From a virus: a stretch of DNA of 64,000 nt. The stretch is taken from positions 1 through 64,000 of IMG/VR virus record IMGVR_UViG_3300032235_000647. One strand, written 5' to 3'. Positions 1-10,661 of the stretch are shown here, piece after piece. Made by a program: the position numbers and the translations under genes. The notes beneath the pieces are model-generated. The model made no database searches and was not told where the DNA came from. It was given only the letters and a program-made list of their open reading frames with translations. Position 1 is the stretch's first letter. Every line of letters starts with the position of its first letter.

Positions 1-301
1 CACTTAAAATACCTCTACCAGTTGTTTCAAAACTTCCACTTACAAATCCAAATGAAGTTATTTGTGCTGAACCACTTACGGTTCCTGCAGGTATTGTACC
101 ACCCCCACTACCACTTAAAGCATATCTTTCATCGTATGATGCTGTTAGTTGTGATGAACCAGAAACTAATCCTTCTCTAATCGCGTAATATAATGAACCA
201 TAAGTTGTTTTTTTGGTTTCATTATTATTAACGATAGGTATTATATCACTTAAAGTAAGTGATGTATGTAAACTTAACTCGGTTATTCTTTTATCTGCCA
301 T
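1..301 (-). CDS. Ser/Gly-rich tail fibre-like protein, N-terminal part (runs off window)
   Basis: Not in ORF track. Manual translation from ATG at 301: MADKRITELSLHTSLTLSDIIPIVNNNETKKTTY...GLVSGSSQLTASYDERYALSGS, with the same SGSSQL repeat as neighbouring fibres. Confidence 0.8.
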   Translation of the reverse strand, partial: MADKRITELSLHTSLTLSDIIPIVNNNETKKTTYGSLYYAIREGLVSGSSQLTASYDERYALSGSGGGTIPAGTVSGSAQITSFGFVSGSFETTGRGILS

Positions 302-304
302 TCC

Positions 305-565
305 TTATAAATATATTCTATCCCCGTTTTCTTGTAATAAAAAATCTCCATTTTCTTGTAAAAGGAATCCACTATATGGTTCGATTATTTCTACCTCTAA
401 TGAACCACCACCTTTAACATAATTGTAAAAACTTAATAAGAAACCATAATCAGGGAGGGAAGGAACTTCTTCTTGTTGCATGTACAAATAGTAATCCTTA
501 GTGAGTTCACTATATGGTTTTTTACCATCTGACTTTTCATGAAGAAATTCTTTCCAAGTTTTCAT
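305..565 (-). CDS. small virion-associated hypothetical protein with tandem FLLQENGD motif
   Basis: ORF 86 aa; C-terminal FLLQENGD x2; TACTTATA motif just upstream. Confidence 0.7.
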   Translation of the reverse strand: MKTWKEFLHEKSDGKKPYSELTKDYYLYMQQEEVPSLPDYGFLLSFYNYVKGGGSLEVEIIEPYSGFLLQENGDFLLQENGDRIYL

Positions 566-579
566 ATATATAAGTATCT

Positions 580-1356
580 TTACTTTATATAAACCGCTAA
601 TGTGTTGAAGTTAGATGTTACACTATTTGAAGTTGTTGAAACATTTGCCAAACCATATACAGTATTTGATAATCTATTTGTCCAACCACCCGTTCCTTGT
701 GCATTTCCACTTCTACCATAAGGTGCATCAGGATAAGCATTTGTTGGACCGTTTGTAGTCCACCAGTTTGAGGCATCATATAACCAATCAGGTGGTGCTG
801 CTACCGGATAAGAAGATGCTGTCATAAAAGTATATCCTTTAATTGCCGACCAACTACCTGTTAATGCACTACCTACTATTTTTAAAGTAGTTATTGGGTT
901 GGATGTATTTATATCTAACACATTTGGATTTGAATAAACTGTCTGATGTGCAATACTACAATTTGCTAAATGTGGTTGAACCGATGCAGTTGATGCCATT
1001 CTCATTACTGAATTACATTGTGCACTTCCACTTACACTATACCAAAGATTTTCTGCATTTCTAAAATGTCTTATAAACGATGGGTTTTGTAAACTACCAC
1101 TATCTGCATTGGGATATGGATAACCTTGTTGAGTAGAACCCGATGGATTATATGATACTAACATCCAACCTCCACCATTATCGGTTTGGTTACAATAAAC
1201 TTGTACCGAGCTTGTCATCATTCCAGTTCTTATCCAATACCAACCATTTGTTTGTATTCCTGAGTTATATAATTGAACTGCAGAAATTGCAGGATTTGAA
1301 AAAGTTCCCAAATTACCACCAATAGTTATACTTCCTCCTATGAATTCTATTGCCAT
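580..1356 (-). CDS. fibrinogen-like domain protein (putative adhesin)
   Basis: GWYWI...QVYCNQTDNGGGWMLV matches the fibrinogen-C N-terminal subdomain signature. Confidence 0.7.
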   Translation of the reverse strand: MAIEFIGGSITIGGNLGTFSNPAISAVQLYNSGIQTNGWYWIRTGMMTSSVQVYCNQTDNGGGWMLVSYNPSGSTQQGYPYPNADSGSLQNPSFIRHFRNAENLWYSVSGSAQCNSVMRMASTASVQPHLANCSIAHQTVYSNPNVLDINTSNPITTLKIVGSALTGSWSAIKGYTFMTASSYPVAAPPDWLYDASNWWTTNGPTNAYPDAPYGRSGNAQGTGGWTNRLSNTVYGLANVSTTSNSVTSNFNTLAVYIK

Positions 1357-2087
1357 TATAATCCGTATTTAGATTTATCTACATTATAATTATTCAAAAC
1401 TTCCGATGATGTTAACGCTCTATTATATAATCTAGTTATACCAATCTTACCATCAAACCATTGCGAGTATTCACCACCATTGTATGAACCTATGTATAAA
1501 TTTGTGGATGTGTTTAATATACTCGATAAACTATGTCCAACACTACCTATACTACTACCATTTACAAATGTTTGAAATGTATTAGCAGCAACATTGGTAA
1601 ACACATAAACTATTTGATACCATGTATTAAGTGATACGGTATAGGTTGTACTATTTTGAATTAAAGTTGCACCAGAACCTGCACCTGAACCAAATTGTGC
1701 ATAAAATGTTGAAGATGTTGTTCTAATACTATATCCCACGTTTGCAGATGTACCACCTGGATTAAATTTACCAAGAACTACATCATTACCGGCTACTGCC
1801 TGATTTACCCAAACTTCTATCGTCCAATCACCACTCCCTGGTTCTAATAATGCATTATCGGCTACTGAAATTTGTGAAGAAGACCCGTTGTATGTAAAGT
1901 ATGGTGATGTAAAGGATATATTTGACATTGTTCCATTTCTACCATTTCCACTCAAATCCGTAATAGTTGTTCCACTTCCAGAGTATGATGCTGTATTTGA
2001 TGGGTCATAATATAATATCAATCCACTACTTACAAATGTAGGTAATGGAGGTAATATACTAAAACCTTTTGAAAATGATATACTCAT
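1356..2087 (-). CDS. LamG/concanavalin A-like lectin domain protein
   Basis: GLILYYDPSN..SYSGSGTT, WTIEVWV, WYQIVYV, FDGKIGITRLYNRALTSSEV. Confidence 0.85.
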   Translation of the reverse strand: MSISFSKGFSILPPLPTFVSSGLILYYDPSNTASYSGSGTTITDLSGNGRNGTMSNISFTSPYFTYNGSSSQISVADNALLEPGSGDWTIEVWVNQAVAGNDVVLGKFNPGGTSANVGYSIRTTSSTFYAQFGSGAGSGATLIQNSTTYTVSLNTWYQIVYVFTNVAANTFQTFVNGSSIGSVGHSLSSILNTSTNLYIGSYNGGEYSQWFDGKIGITRLYNRALTSSEVLNNYNVDKSKYGL

Positions 2088-2091
2088 GACC

Positions 2092-4338
2092 TTATCCTAA
2101 ATATGCTACTGAAAAATTATCGTTTACATCAAATGAAATCTCACCAACCGCAACTACCATTTTAAGCGTATCACCTACTGCTAATTTAGAAATAGTAGAA
2201 CCACCAGCATGATTCATAGAAGAACTTACTCCAAATTCAATCATTATTTGTTGAGTTCCCGATGTACCTCCCGTATTATTTTTGAAAACTATAAGTTGAG
2301 ATATTGTACCTAATGTATTTGAGTTTGTTCTAGTTACAACATTTACTTGATATAATCCTGCTATTGGTGCGGTAAATGTACCAGTTGAATTATCCCAAGC
2401 ATTACCTTGTTGCCAATCTATATTAAGATAACTTCCAGATAATGTTGTTACTGCTGTTTTTGCCCCACCTGCTCCCGTTACTCTTACACCCGGTCTATTT
2501 GGCATTGTTATTGAACCACTACTAATACTGATTGAGCCTGTTAATGCTAAACTACCACTAACTCTTAATGAACCACTAATTTCAGCTATACCATTATTCT
2601 GAACATATAAGTTACTACCACTTGTTAAATAAAGTGATGATGTATTTGCAAGTATTTGAGAGGCAAAAAATGAACCAGTTGTTATTATTAACGAACCTGT
2701 AATTGTTTGGTTTCCGTTAAATGAGTTTGAACCAGTTGTTGCTAATGAACTACTCCAAATATTTAAAGAAGATGTAAATGTATTTAATTGTAATATTGAT
2801 GAAGTTACCGAACCTGTTACCAAATATCTACCATCAAATGAACTTGTCAATTGTGATGAACCACTAATTGTCCCAGCAGGAGTAGTTCCACTTACTACAC
2901 TACCACTCAATGTATAACGAGTATCATATGATGCAGTAAGTTGTGATGAACCACTAATTAAACCCGATGGTAATTGAGCGGATGAACTTAATAATCCACT
3001 CGGTAATGGTTGAACACTACCACTTAATGTGTATCTAGTATCATATGAAGCAGTTAATTGAGAACTACCACTAATTAAGCCAGATGGTAATTGTGAAGAA
3101 CCACTAATAATACCAGATGGTAATTGTGTATTACTTTTTAACTCTACTGCCGTTAAAACAGGGCCATTAAATTCACCAAAATCAAATGTACCCGACATCG
3201 AATCAACAGTTCTCATACTATATGTGTAAGTTCCTGCAGATGGTGTATCTATTACATTTAAACAATACGGAATATTTAGATTGGAACTATTTTCAACTTG
3301 AATTATATTTCCAATTCCATTTCCATCTCTAAAAATTTGTAATCTAGCCCAACCCGCACCTCCTGTTGGATTTGCATCACCAGTCATCATAATTTGAACG
3401 GGATTGCCTGTTGTAGTAATACTTCCACTTATTATGGATGTGCCTACTGATGTAATTCCGGTTCTTCTATTTCCTAATACTTGTGTATAATTTATACTAC
3501 CAGTTATAATAGATGCCTCTAATGTATCTAATCTATTATCTACTGATGAAGAGAATGAAGTTAAAATACTACCACTCAATGAGTATCTACTATCATACGA
3601 AGATGTTAGTTGTGAAGAACCACTTATAAGACCAGATGGCAACGGTTGAACACTACCACTTAATGTATATCTAGTATCAAATGAAGAGGTTAATTGTGAT
3701 GAACCACTTATAGTTCCAGCAGGTGTAGAAATTATATTTTTAATTCTACTATCAACTGATGAACTAAATGCTACAACATCACCAATTCCAAAAACAGAAC
3801 CTGTTAATGAACCAGTGATTGCTCCACTTGAATCTATTGAAATACTACTACCACTTGTTAAGGATAATACTGACCCCGTTGGTACATTTATTCCACCACT
3901 AACAACTGCAATTGCACTTACTATTAAAGAACCAGTTATAGTTTGAGAACCACTAAATGAGTTTGAACCAGTTGTTGCAAATGAGGATGTAAGTTGAGAA
4001 CTTCCACTTACTAAACCTGCCGGTAATGGTTGAACACTACCACTTAAAGTATATCTTGTATCATAAGATGATGTGAGTTGTGATGAACCACTAATAATAC
4101 CAGATGGCAATGGTTGAACACTACCACTTAATGTATATCTAGTATCATAAGATGATGTGAGTTGTGATGAACCTGAAATTACACCATCACCACCAATTGT
4201 TAAATATCTAGTATCCAATGAAGATATTGTACCTACTCCATCTACAAGCCATACTTGGCCATTATAAACATATACCAACCCATTATCAGCTGTGTATTTT
4301 TGTCCGTTTATTGCTCCATCTGGAAAATTAAATGCCAT
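2092..4338 (-). CDS. tail fibre protein with SGSSQL repeats and C-terminal C1q-like domain
   Basis: Repeats of SGSSQLTSSYDTRYTLSGSVQPLP; C-terminal WDNSTGTFTAPIAGLYQVNV...KLAVGDTL is C1q-like. Confidence 0.75.
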   Translation of the reverse strand: MAFNFPDGAINGQKYTADNGLVYVYNGQVWLVDGVGTISSLDTRYLTIGGDGVISGSSQLTSSYDTRYTLSGSVQPLPSGIISGSSQLTSSYDTRYTLSGSVQPLPAGLVSGSSQLTSSFATTGSNSFSGSQTITGSLIVSAIAVVSGGINVPTGSVLSLTSGSSISIDSSGAITGSLTGSVFGIGDVVAFSSSVDSRIKNIISTPAGTISGSSQLTSSFDTRYTLSGSVQPLPSGLISGSSQLTSSYDSRYSLSGSILTSFSSSVDNRLDTLEASIITGSINYTQVLGNRRTGITSVGTSIISGSITTTGNPVQIMMTGDANPTGGAGWARLQIFRDGNGIGNIIQVENSSNLNIPYCLNVIDTPSAGTYTYSMRTVDSMSGTFDFGEFNGPVLTAVELKSNTQLPSGIISGSSQLPSGLISGSSQLTASYDTRYTLSGSVQPLPSGLLSSSAQLPSGLISGSSQLTASYDTRYTLSGSVVSGTTPAGTISGSSQLTSSFDGRYLVTGSVTSSILQLNTFTSSLNIWSSSLATTGSNSFNGNQTITGSLIITTGSFFASQILANTSSLYLTSGSNLYVQNNGIAEISGSLRVSGSLALTGSISISSGSITMPNRPGVRVTGAGGAKTAVTTLSGSYLNIDWQQGNAWDNSTGTFTAPIAGLYQVNVVTRTNSNTLGTISQLIVFKNNTGGTSGTQQIMIEFGVSSSMNHAGGSTISKLAVGDTLKMVVAVGEISFDVNDNFSVAYLG

Positions 4339-4352
4339 ATCTATTTAAATTT

Positions 4353-6800
4353 TTAATATAATCTTTCTATTGAAATAAAATTATTGTTGAATGATGCACC
4401 TATCATTAATGTAATACGATAAAATCTATTGTTTGTTTTATCTAATATGTTATAATATGAACCATCTGCTTCCGCAGGGAAATTCCAACCAAATAAAGAA
4501 GTTGTTGGAGTAGTTGTTATTGATTGGTTATTTGCACTAATACCCGCAATACCACCAGAATATGCGTGATAAGCGGATATGTTTGCACTAAAATTTGTTG
4601 ATACTGCGGCAACACTTAATCCTCTATTACTACTTGATGTTAGAGTTGCTTTGATATTATCCAAAGTTACAAATGTTCCTGCATTTACAATTCCACTTGC
4701 TTTCCATAATAATTCACCGGCATTTCCAGCTGGTGTTTTACTTAAATCAACATATACACCTCTACTATTTCCACCAGTTTCAAAAATTCTTAATCTATCT
4801 TGATAAACATCTATCGCAACTGCACTTCCGGTTAAAGTTGAATTCGTTTGTGATTTTGCTAATAAAATTTCACCACCTTCATCACCACCTCCTGCTGCAA
4901 TTGTTACCGAACTACTAAATATTGTTGCACCAGTGAATGTATTTGAACCTGTTGTTGCTAAAGTTGGTAATTGAGATGAGCCACTAACTAATCCATTTGG
5001 TATTGCAGAAATTGTATCGGTTGCAACTACCCAATAACTATCGTAGTAAACATAAAGATTACCATCATTAGTTTTCCACCATAAATCACCTTGTGTTGGT
5101 GAGGATGGTGCATTATCGGAAGCAAATACACGAGATGTACTACTGCCACTTAATAAATATCTTGTATCGTATGAGGCAGTAAGTTGTGATGAACCACTAA
5201 TTAGTCCATTTGGTAATGGTTGAACACTACCACTTAATGTGTATCTAGTATCAAATGATGCTGTTAATTGTGATGAACCACTTATTACACCATTTGTTGC
5301 CTCAATTTCACCTTGTAAATAAGCGGATTTTAATCTGTTTGTTGATGGATTATATAATACACCAGGAATACCATCGGTATAAGTTTGCATATATCCGTTT
5401 GAACCAGATGTGGTAAATATTAAACTATAATCCTGATTTGTATTTGAATTTAATGTTTTTACTAAATCGGAATATGCTGCAGTTCCTGTTATATTTCCTC
5501 TAAACGAACCAGTAAATGAACCTGATAAGTTTGGTATCGTAGTTCCACTTAATTGTGATGAACCCGAAATTGTTCCTGCCGGTATAGGAGTAGATGAACT
5601 AATAAATCCTAATGCAGTTATTTGTGCAGAACCTGATACAACACCATTAGTTGCATGGATTCCACCATATATATTATTTGCTTTGAAATCTGCTAATTGG
5701 AAAGACCCATCGTTTGTATCAATTGATTGTGATGGCTCTAATGTATATCCTTTGAATACTTTCCATGTATGATTATCACTTGCATCACTAAATATACCAG
5801 TATGTGCATAAGTTCCATCATTGTAATTACCCGCGATACCTAAATCAGGATTAGTTACCTGATTATTATCATTTAGATAAATAAAATTATCTTCAATTAC
5901 CAAATTTGATGCACTAACTGTTGTAGTTGTACCTTCGATATTTAAATCACCACGAATAGTGGTTACTGAGGCAGTTCCTATTCCACTTACTTCTATTGCA
6001 TTTTGTAAAGATGCAGTATATTGATTTAATGAATTTATACTATCAGAAGAACTTATAAATCCTAATGCAGTAATTTGTGAAGATGAACTTACAATAGCAT
6101 TTGGTTTATTTGCAATATTATCCCAAGTTGTTTGAGTAATACTACCACTTAAAACATATCTACTATCGTATGAACTTGTCAATTGTGAAGAACCACTAAT
6201 CAAACCAATTCCATTTGAAAATATTGAACCAGATACTCTTAATGAACCTGATATATCTGTGTTGTCATTTACAATAGTTCTGGCTCCATTTGAATTAATT
6301 TGTAAGGGTTGATAAAAACTTCTAATTTCAATTGGTCCACCATTATAAAGTAAATTAGTTTGAACATATCCATTAACAGTTTGAATATTGCTTGTTGCAA
6401 TTATTGAACCTGTTATAATTTGATTGCCATTGAATTGGTTTGAACCAGTTGTTGCTAATGATGATGTAGATTGTGATGCTGTATATTGATTGAAAGATGA
6501 TGTTGTTACTAATCCAACTGCAGATGATACTACTGAAATTGTTGCTGCTACTGAACTACTTACAATTGCAACTTCTAAATCTGTTGCAAATGTATCAGTT
6601 AGGGATGAACTCCAATTTTCTAAATCAATTACCCTACCATCAATACTTTCACTAAATGTTTGTAAAGATGAGGTTGTTACAAGTGAACCAGTATCAATTG
6701 TTGATTGGATTGGTGGTAAATAAGATAATGGAACTTTACTACCACTATCTAATGGAGCGTATCCATTTGCCCTTCCTCTATTTATTTTACTTTCAAACAT
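4353..6800 (-). CDS. tail fibre protein
   Basis: NGYAPLDSGSKVP N-terminus, SGSSQL repeats, APSSPTQGDLWW motif common in fibres. Confidence 0.75.
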   Translation of the reverse strand: MFESKINRGRANGYAPLDSGSKVPLSYLPPIQSTIDTGSLVTTSSLQTFSESIDGRVIDLENWSSSLTDTFATDLEVAIVSSSVAATISVVSSAVGLVTTSSFNQYTASQSTSSLATTGSNQFNGNQIITGSIIATSNIQTVNGYVQTNLLYNGGPIEIRSFYQPLQINSNGARTIVNDNTDISGSLRVSGSIFSNGIGLISGSSQLTSSYDSRYVLSGSITQTTWDNIANKPNAIVSSSSQITALGFISSSDSINSLNQYTASLQNAIEVSGIGTASVTTIRGDLNIEGTTTTVSASNLVIEDNFIYLNDNNQVTNPDLGIAGNYNDGTYAHTGIFSDASDNHTWKVFKGYTLEPSQSIDTNDGSFQLADFKANNIYGGIHATNGVVSGSAQITALGFISSSTPIPAGTISGSSQLSGTTIPNLSGSFTGSFRGNITGTAAYSDLVKTLNSNTNQDYSLIFTTSGSNGYMQTYTDGIPGVLYNPSTNRLKSAYLQGEIEATNGVISGSSQLTASFDTRYTLSGSVQPLPNGLISGSSQLTASYDTRYLLSGSSTSRVFASDNAPSSPTQGDLWWKTNDGNLYVYYDSYWVVATDTISAIPNGLVSGSSQLPTLATTGSNTFTGATIFSSSVTIAAGGGDEGGEILLAKSQTNSTLTGSAVAIDVYQDRLRIFETGGNSRGVYVDLSKTPAGNAGELLWKASGIVNAGTFVTLDNIKATLTSSSNRGLSVAAVSTNFSANISAYHAYSGGIAGISANNQSITTTPTTSLFGWNFPAEADGSYYNILDKTNNRFYRITLMIGASFNNNFISIERLY

Positions 6801-7434
6801 TTTCTATTGTTTTTTGGAAATATCTTTCTATTCTTTTACTCAATCTTACTCTTACATCAGTTTCGGTTCTACCTACCACATCGTATGGTAATAAAAACCC
6901 AAAACTTAGGAAAACTCTTCTTGATTTGAATTCGTTTGTCCAATGTTTGTATAACGATGCTTCAAATCCGTATAAATCACCTTCCTTTATTTCTATAACA
7001 TCTTTATCTAAAAACAATTCATAATCCTCTGATAAAACACTTATGTTACATTTATAATTAACGTGTCCTTCAACTGCTGCATCATAGTGAGGATTTATCT
7101 TTCCACCACCATTCATATCTATCGCTTGTAAGAAGATATGATTTTTAGGAAAATGGAATTCTTCTGCAATCCTATCAACAATACTATGAATAAAATCAGG
7201 TAGTTTCTCTTTTGAAACATCTGATATTGATTGGAACTTTGTAATATAATTTGTAAAAGGTGTATCTGAAATATCAAACATATAAGTTTTACCTTTTAGC
7301 TCTTTTGATAATTCCGAAAGATGATGATTAGCACCATTACCTTTGTGGTCAATCGAATCTATCCAATTTATTATTTGTTTAGATTCCAATGGTGTAATAA
7401 ATCTCCTTTTTATTTTATAGTTACTATCTTCCAA
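6793..7434 (-). CDS. 2OG-Fe(II) oxygenase superfamily protein
   Basis: HxD (PHYD), distal His (YKHWT), Arg (RRVFLS). Confidence 0.75.
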   Translation of the reverse strand: MEDSNYKIKRRFITPLESKQIINWIDSIDHKGNGANHHLSELSKELKGKTYMFDISDTPFTNYITKFQSISDVSKEKLPDFIHSIVDRIAEEFHFPKNHIFLQAIDMNGGGKINPHYDAAVEGHVNYKCNISVLSEDYELFLDKDVIEIKEGDLYGFEASLYKHWTNEFKSRRVFLSFGFLLPYDVVGRTETDVRVRLSKRIERYFQKTIENV

Positions 7435-7672
7435 TTTTTTTCAAATTATGCTTTTCCAAAAACTCTCTAGGGTGCATAGCCTCTATTATAGTTAATTCAG
7501 CAGAATCAATCATTTCTTTAGCTTTTTCTTCGGTAACTGCCAATACACATAATTTGTGAGTGGCAGGTAACTCTCCCGTTGGTGATAAATCTATTTTTAG
7601 AATATCACTATTTTTCATCTTTTCTCTTGCTTGCTGAACTTTTGATTCTTCGCATAATATACATATTCTCAT
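7424..7672 (-). CDS. hypothetical protein
   Basis: ORF 82 aa, tightly packed with neighbours. Confidence 0.6.
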   Translation of the reverse strand: MRICILCEESKVQQAREKMKNSDILKIDLSPTGELPATHKLCVLAVTEEKAKEMIDSAELTIIEAMHPREFLEKHNLKKIGR

Positions 7673-7687
7673 ATTTCTTTCGTTTTA

Positions 7688-10045
7688 TTAATCTATTGGT
7701 TCGTTAATATATTGACTTACATACCATTGACCGCTATCATTTAATGAACTCAACATAGGTGTTCCATCAAATCTTCTTTGAATAGTTTTATTGTAAGTTT
7801 CATAAACCATTGGTGTTGCGTTTAAACCACTTACAGTCAAAACTAAATCAGTTTCACCACCAAATGAACCAGATGCTATTGTTATAGTATCATTAAGTTC
7901 GTATAATTTTCCAATATTTGTAATAGTAACGGTCTCAACAAAACTACCAGTCACATCAATAGTAAATGTAGCATTTACTCCAATTCCACTGGTTGTTCCC
8001 GTTACATTAGTATAAGTTCCGTTTGTTCCAGCAGTTGGTGGATATGTTACACCATTAATTCTTCCTAAATATGTGGTGAAATCTACTTCATCTATTGGTG
8101 CTTCTATTCTATTATATTGAAATTCACGGCCTATTGTATTATTACCAAATGCATTTCCAATATTATTATCCCAAAAATAAGTTCCAATAGTATTGTTTCC
8201 GAAATCGTTTCCAATTACATTGCCTCTGCGTTCACTAGACGAACCTCGGCCGAAACTAGGACCAATATCATTATTATAGAAACCATTTCCGATTTTATTA
8301 TATTGAAAATTATCACTAATTGTATTTGATTCAAAATCATTTCCGATTACATTTTCTTCAAAATTATCTTCAATATCGTTTATATAAAAATAATCTCCAA
8401 TTGTATTTTTAATAAAAGTATATGCTATTTGATTTCCGTTGAAGAAATCAGCAATTCTATTTTTGTTAAAATCACCTAAAATTTGGTTTCCTTTAAATTC
8501 ATATCCAATATTATTATATTCAAAATACGATTCATCATTTAATACTCCAATTGTATTATTATAAAAATTCTGAGCAATAGTATTTTTTGTAAATTGTGAA
8601 TAAACATCATTATTATAACAATTATAACCTATTGTATTGTGACTGAAATCTTGTGTAAATACATTATCATAAAAACTATTACCTATCGTATTACCAGTAA
8701 CTTCACGTCTAAATTCATTATCATTAGCGCTATAAAAAGTGTTATCGTTAAATCCTTCATTAATAATGTTATTACTAAAACTTTTGTTAAAAGTGTTGTT
8801 TGACATTGGATTATAACCTTCATAGAAGTTATTGTTAAATGACCCTTTAAAAGTATTATTATTAACATTAGTTCCATCATCATCACCCAAATTATTATTA
8901 TAGAATGAATCCATAATTAAATTCTCTTGAAAATTAACATCAATTACATTATTATAAAATGGAGCATGGATTGTATTGTTATCAAAATCATCATCAATAA
9001 TATTATTGTAAAAAGAATCTGTAATTAGATTTGAATCAAAATCATCACTAAATGTATTATTTCTAAAATCACATACAAATGAATTATCCCTATAAGAACC
9101 TCCTCTAAACACATTGTTTGGTAATAAGAAAGTGTATTCATCCCAAATTGTAAATTCAGCAGGATTTGTGCTTACATTATTAAAGCACTGTGTGATGTCT
9201 GTGAAAGTTAAATATTCGTACTGATTTGTATTTGATATAATATTACTTTTTTTCCAAGACATCCCACTTCTAGTTCCTGCATTGACCAATCGTTTATTAT
9301 CAACAGTATTAATCACACTTCCAGTGACAATCATACCATAATCACTTAATACTTCTAAAACTTGATAATAAGTTATAAGAGGACTATTATATTTATCCCA
9401 AACACCAACAATATCTTCAGCACCGAAATTAGTAAAAGTTGTCCCACTACCACTAATAAAACCAGCACTACCAGTCATACTTAAACTAATTGTTCCATTG
9501 TACATATCATCGGAAACATACGAATCATATCTTTTGAAAAGAACTTCTCTAAAGTCATAATCCATTGCATTTCCTCTCTCATCTTTTCTATATATAATTC
9601 TACCAAATGCAGGATTAGATGTTACTTCGGTTTGATTAAATGTAATATCGTATTTAATATTATCAGTTGGATATTGTGGTTGATATGCATCGGATGCCAA
9701 AGAACCTGTATCTAATGCGAATACAATTATAGGTGAAAGACTACCTGTTTTATAGTTACCAGTTGTAATTGTTGAACCATCGTAATTATAATTTGGTTGG
9801 TCATAACAAGTTCTAAAATCGGTAATCTTATAGTAAGTACCAGGATTTAACGAACCACTATCCAATGAAGCCGTTAATTGGTTATAAGTGGTGTCTACTA
9901 ATCCACCAGCAACAGATGATATATTTCCTGAACTATCTTTTGATTTGATAGACCCATCGTTTGTATCTATAAACAAATTAAACCCACCTTCTAATGGGGT
10001 ATCTAAATCTGCGGCTACTTGTCCTTGTAATTGTATGTATTGCAT
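7688..10045 (-). CDS. Asn-rich beta-helix tail spike/fibre-like protein
   Basis: Many NxIGxxFxxN repeats; L.PG..Y.ITDF N-terminal motif. Confidence 0.7.
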   Translation of the reverse strand: MQYIQLQGQVAADLDTPLEGGFNLFIDTNDGSIKSKDSSGNISSVAGGLVDTTYNQLTASLDSGSLNPGTYYKITDFRTCYDQPNYNYDGSTITTGNYKTGSLSPIIVFALDTGSLASDAYQPQYPTDNIKYDITFNQTEVTSNPAFGRIIYRKDERGNAMDYDFREVLFKRYDSYVSDDMYNGTISLSMTGSAGFISGSGTTFTNFGAEDIVGVWDKYNSPLITYYQVLEVLSDYGMIVTGSVINTVDNKRLVNAGTRSGMSWKKSNIISNTNQYEYLTFTDITQCFNNVSTNPAEFTIWDEYTFLLPNNVFRGGSYRDNSFVCDFRNNTFSDDFDSNLITDSFYNNIIDDDFDNNTIHAPFYNNVIDVNFQENLIMDSFYNNNLGDDDGTNVNNNTFKGSFNNNFYEGYNPMSNNTFNKSFSNNIINEGFNDNTFYSANDNEFRREVTGNTIGNSFYDNVFTQDFSHNTIGYNCYNNDVYSQFTKNTIAQNFYNNTIGVLNDESYFEYNNIGYEFKGNQILGDFNKNRIADFFNGNQIAYTFIKNTIGDYFYINDIEDNFEENVIGNDFESNTISDNFQYNKIGNGFYNNDIGPSFGRGSSSERRGNVIGNDFGNNTIGTYFWDNNIGNAFGNNTIGREFQYNRIEAPIDEVDFTTYLGRINGVTYPPTAGTNGTYTNVTGTTSGIGVNATFTIDVTGSFVETVTITNIGKLYELNDTITIASGSFGGETDLVLTVSGLNATPMVYETYNKTIQRRFDGTPMLSSLNDSGQWYVSQYINEPID

Positions 10046-10049
10046 ATCT

Positions 10050-10646
10050 TTATATTATTTTTCCTGTTCCTACTATCTGAGAATTACCTATTAGTATAAC
10101 TTCACCACCGACACTTATCAAACCATCATTTTCTATGTAACTATCTTTTACTAATAAATTACCACCTATAAATATTGTTCCTTCTTTTCTAAAGGATTTA
10201 TTTGATGAATATTCGACTTCTTCTACACTACCATCAACCTTCAAATAAGTGTTTTCTAAAATATAATCACCAGAAAAAGTTAATTGTTCGGTTTTTTTAA
10301 CTGAATACTCCTCATCATAATTCCAATTGGTTGTTGAGGTTAAATTAGTTAAACTCCTACCACTACCTTGGTAGTATGATGCACTTACAAAACCATTAAC
10401 TCTTTGACTTCCACTAAATATATTTGAACCAGTAGTTGCAAATCCACTTCCAATAGTTCGATTTAGTGAATATATAGATTGAGAAATAGAACTGCTAACT
10501 GCAGCAAGTTCCGCATCACTACTCATGGTTGTATCCAATTGAGTAACGAATGAGACATAATTAGATGCTGAAAGTAAATTTATCTGACTAGATGCAGAGA
10601 TTATACCTTGTAAATCTATTTGTTTAATTCTTATCTTATTTCCCAT
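10050..10646 (-). CDS. tail fibre-related protein
   Basis: FATTGSNIFSGSQ module shared with other fibres. Confidence 0.65.
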   Translation of the reverse strand: MGNKIRIKQIDLQGIISASSQINLLSASNYVSFVTQLDTTMSSDAELAAVSSSISQSIYSLNRTIGSGFATTGSNIFSGSQRVNGFVSASYYQGSGRSLTNLTSTTNWNYDEEYSVKKTEQLTFSGDYILENTYLKVDGSVEEVEYSSNKSFRKEGTIFIGGNLLVKDSYIENDGLISVGGEVILIGNSQIVGTGKII

Positions 10647-10661
10647 ACCAAACTACTCGTC

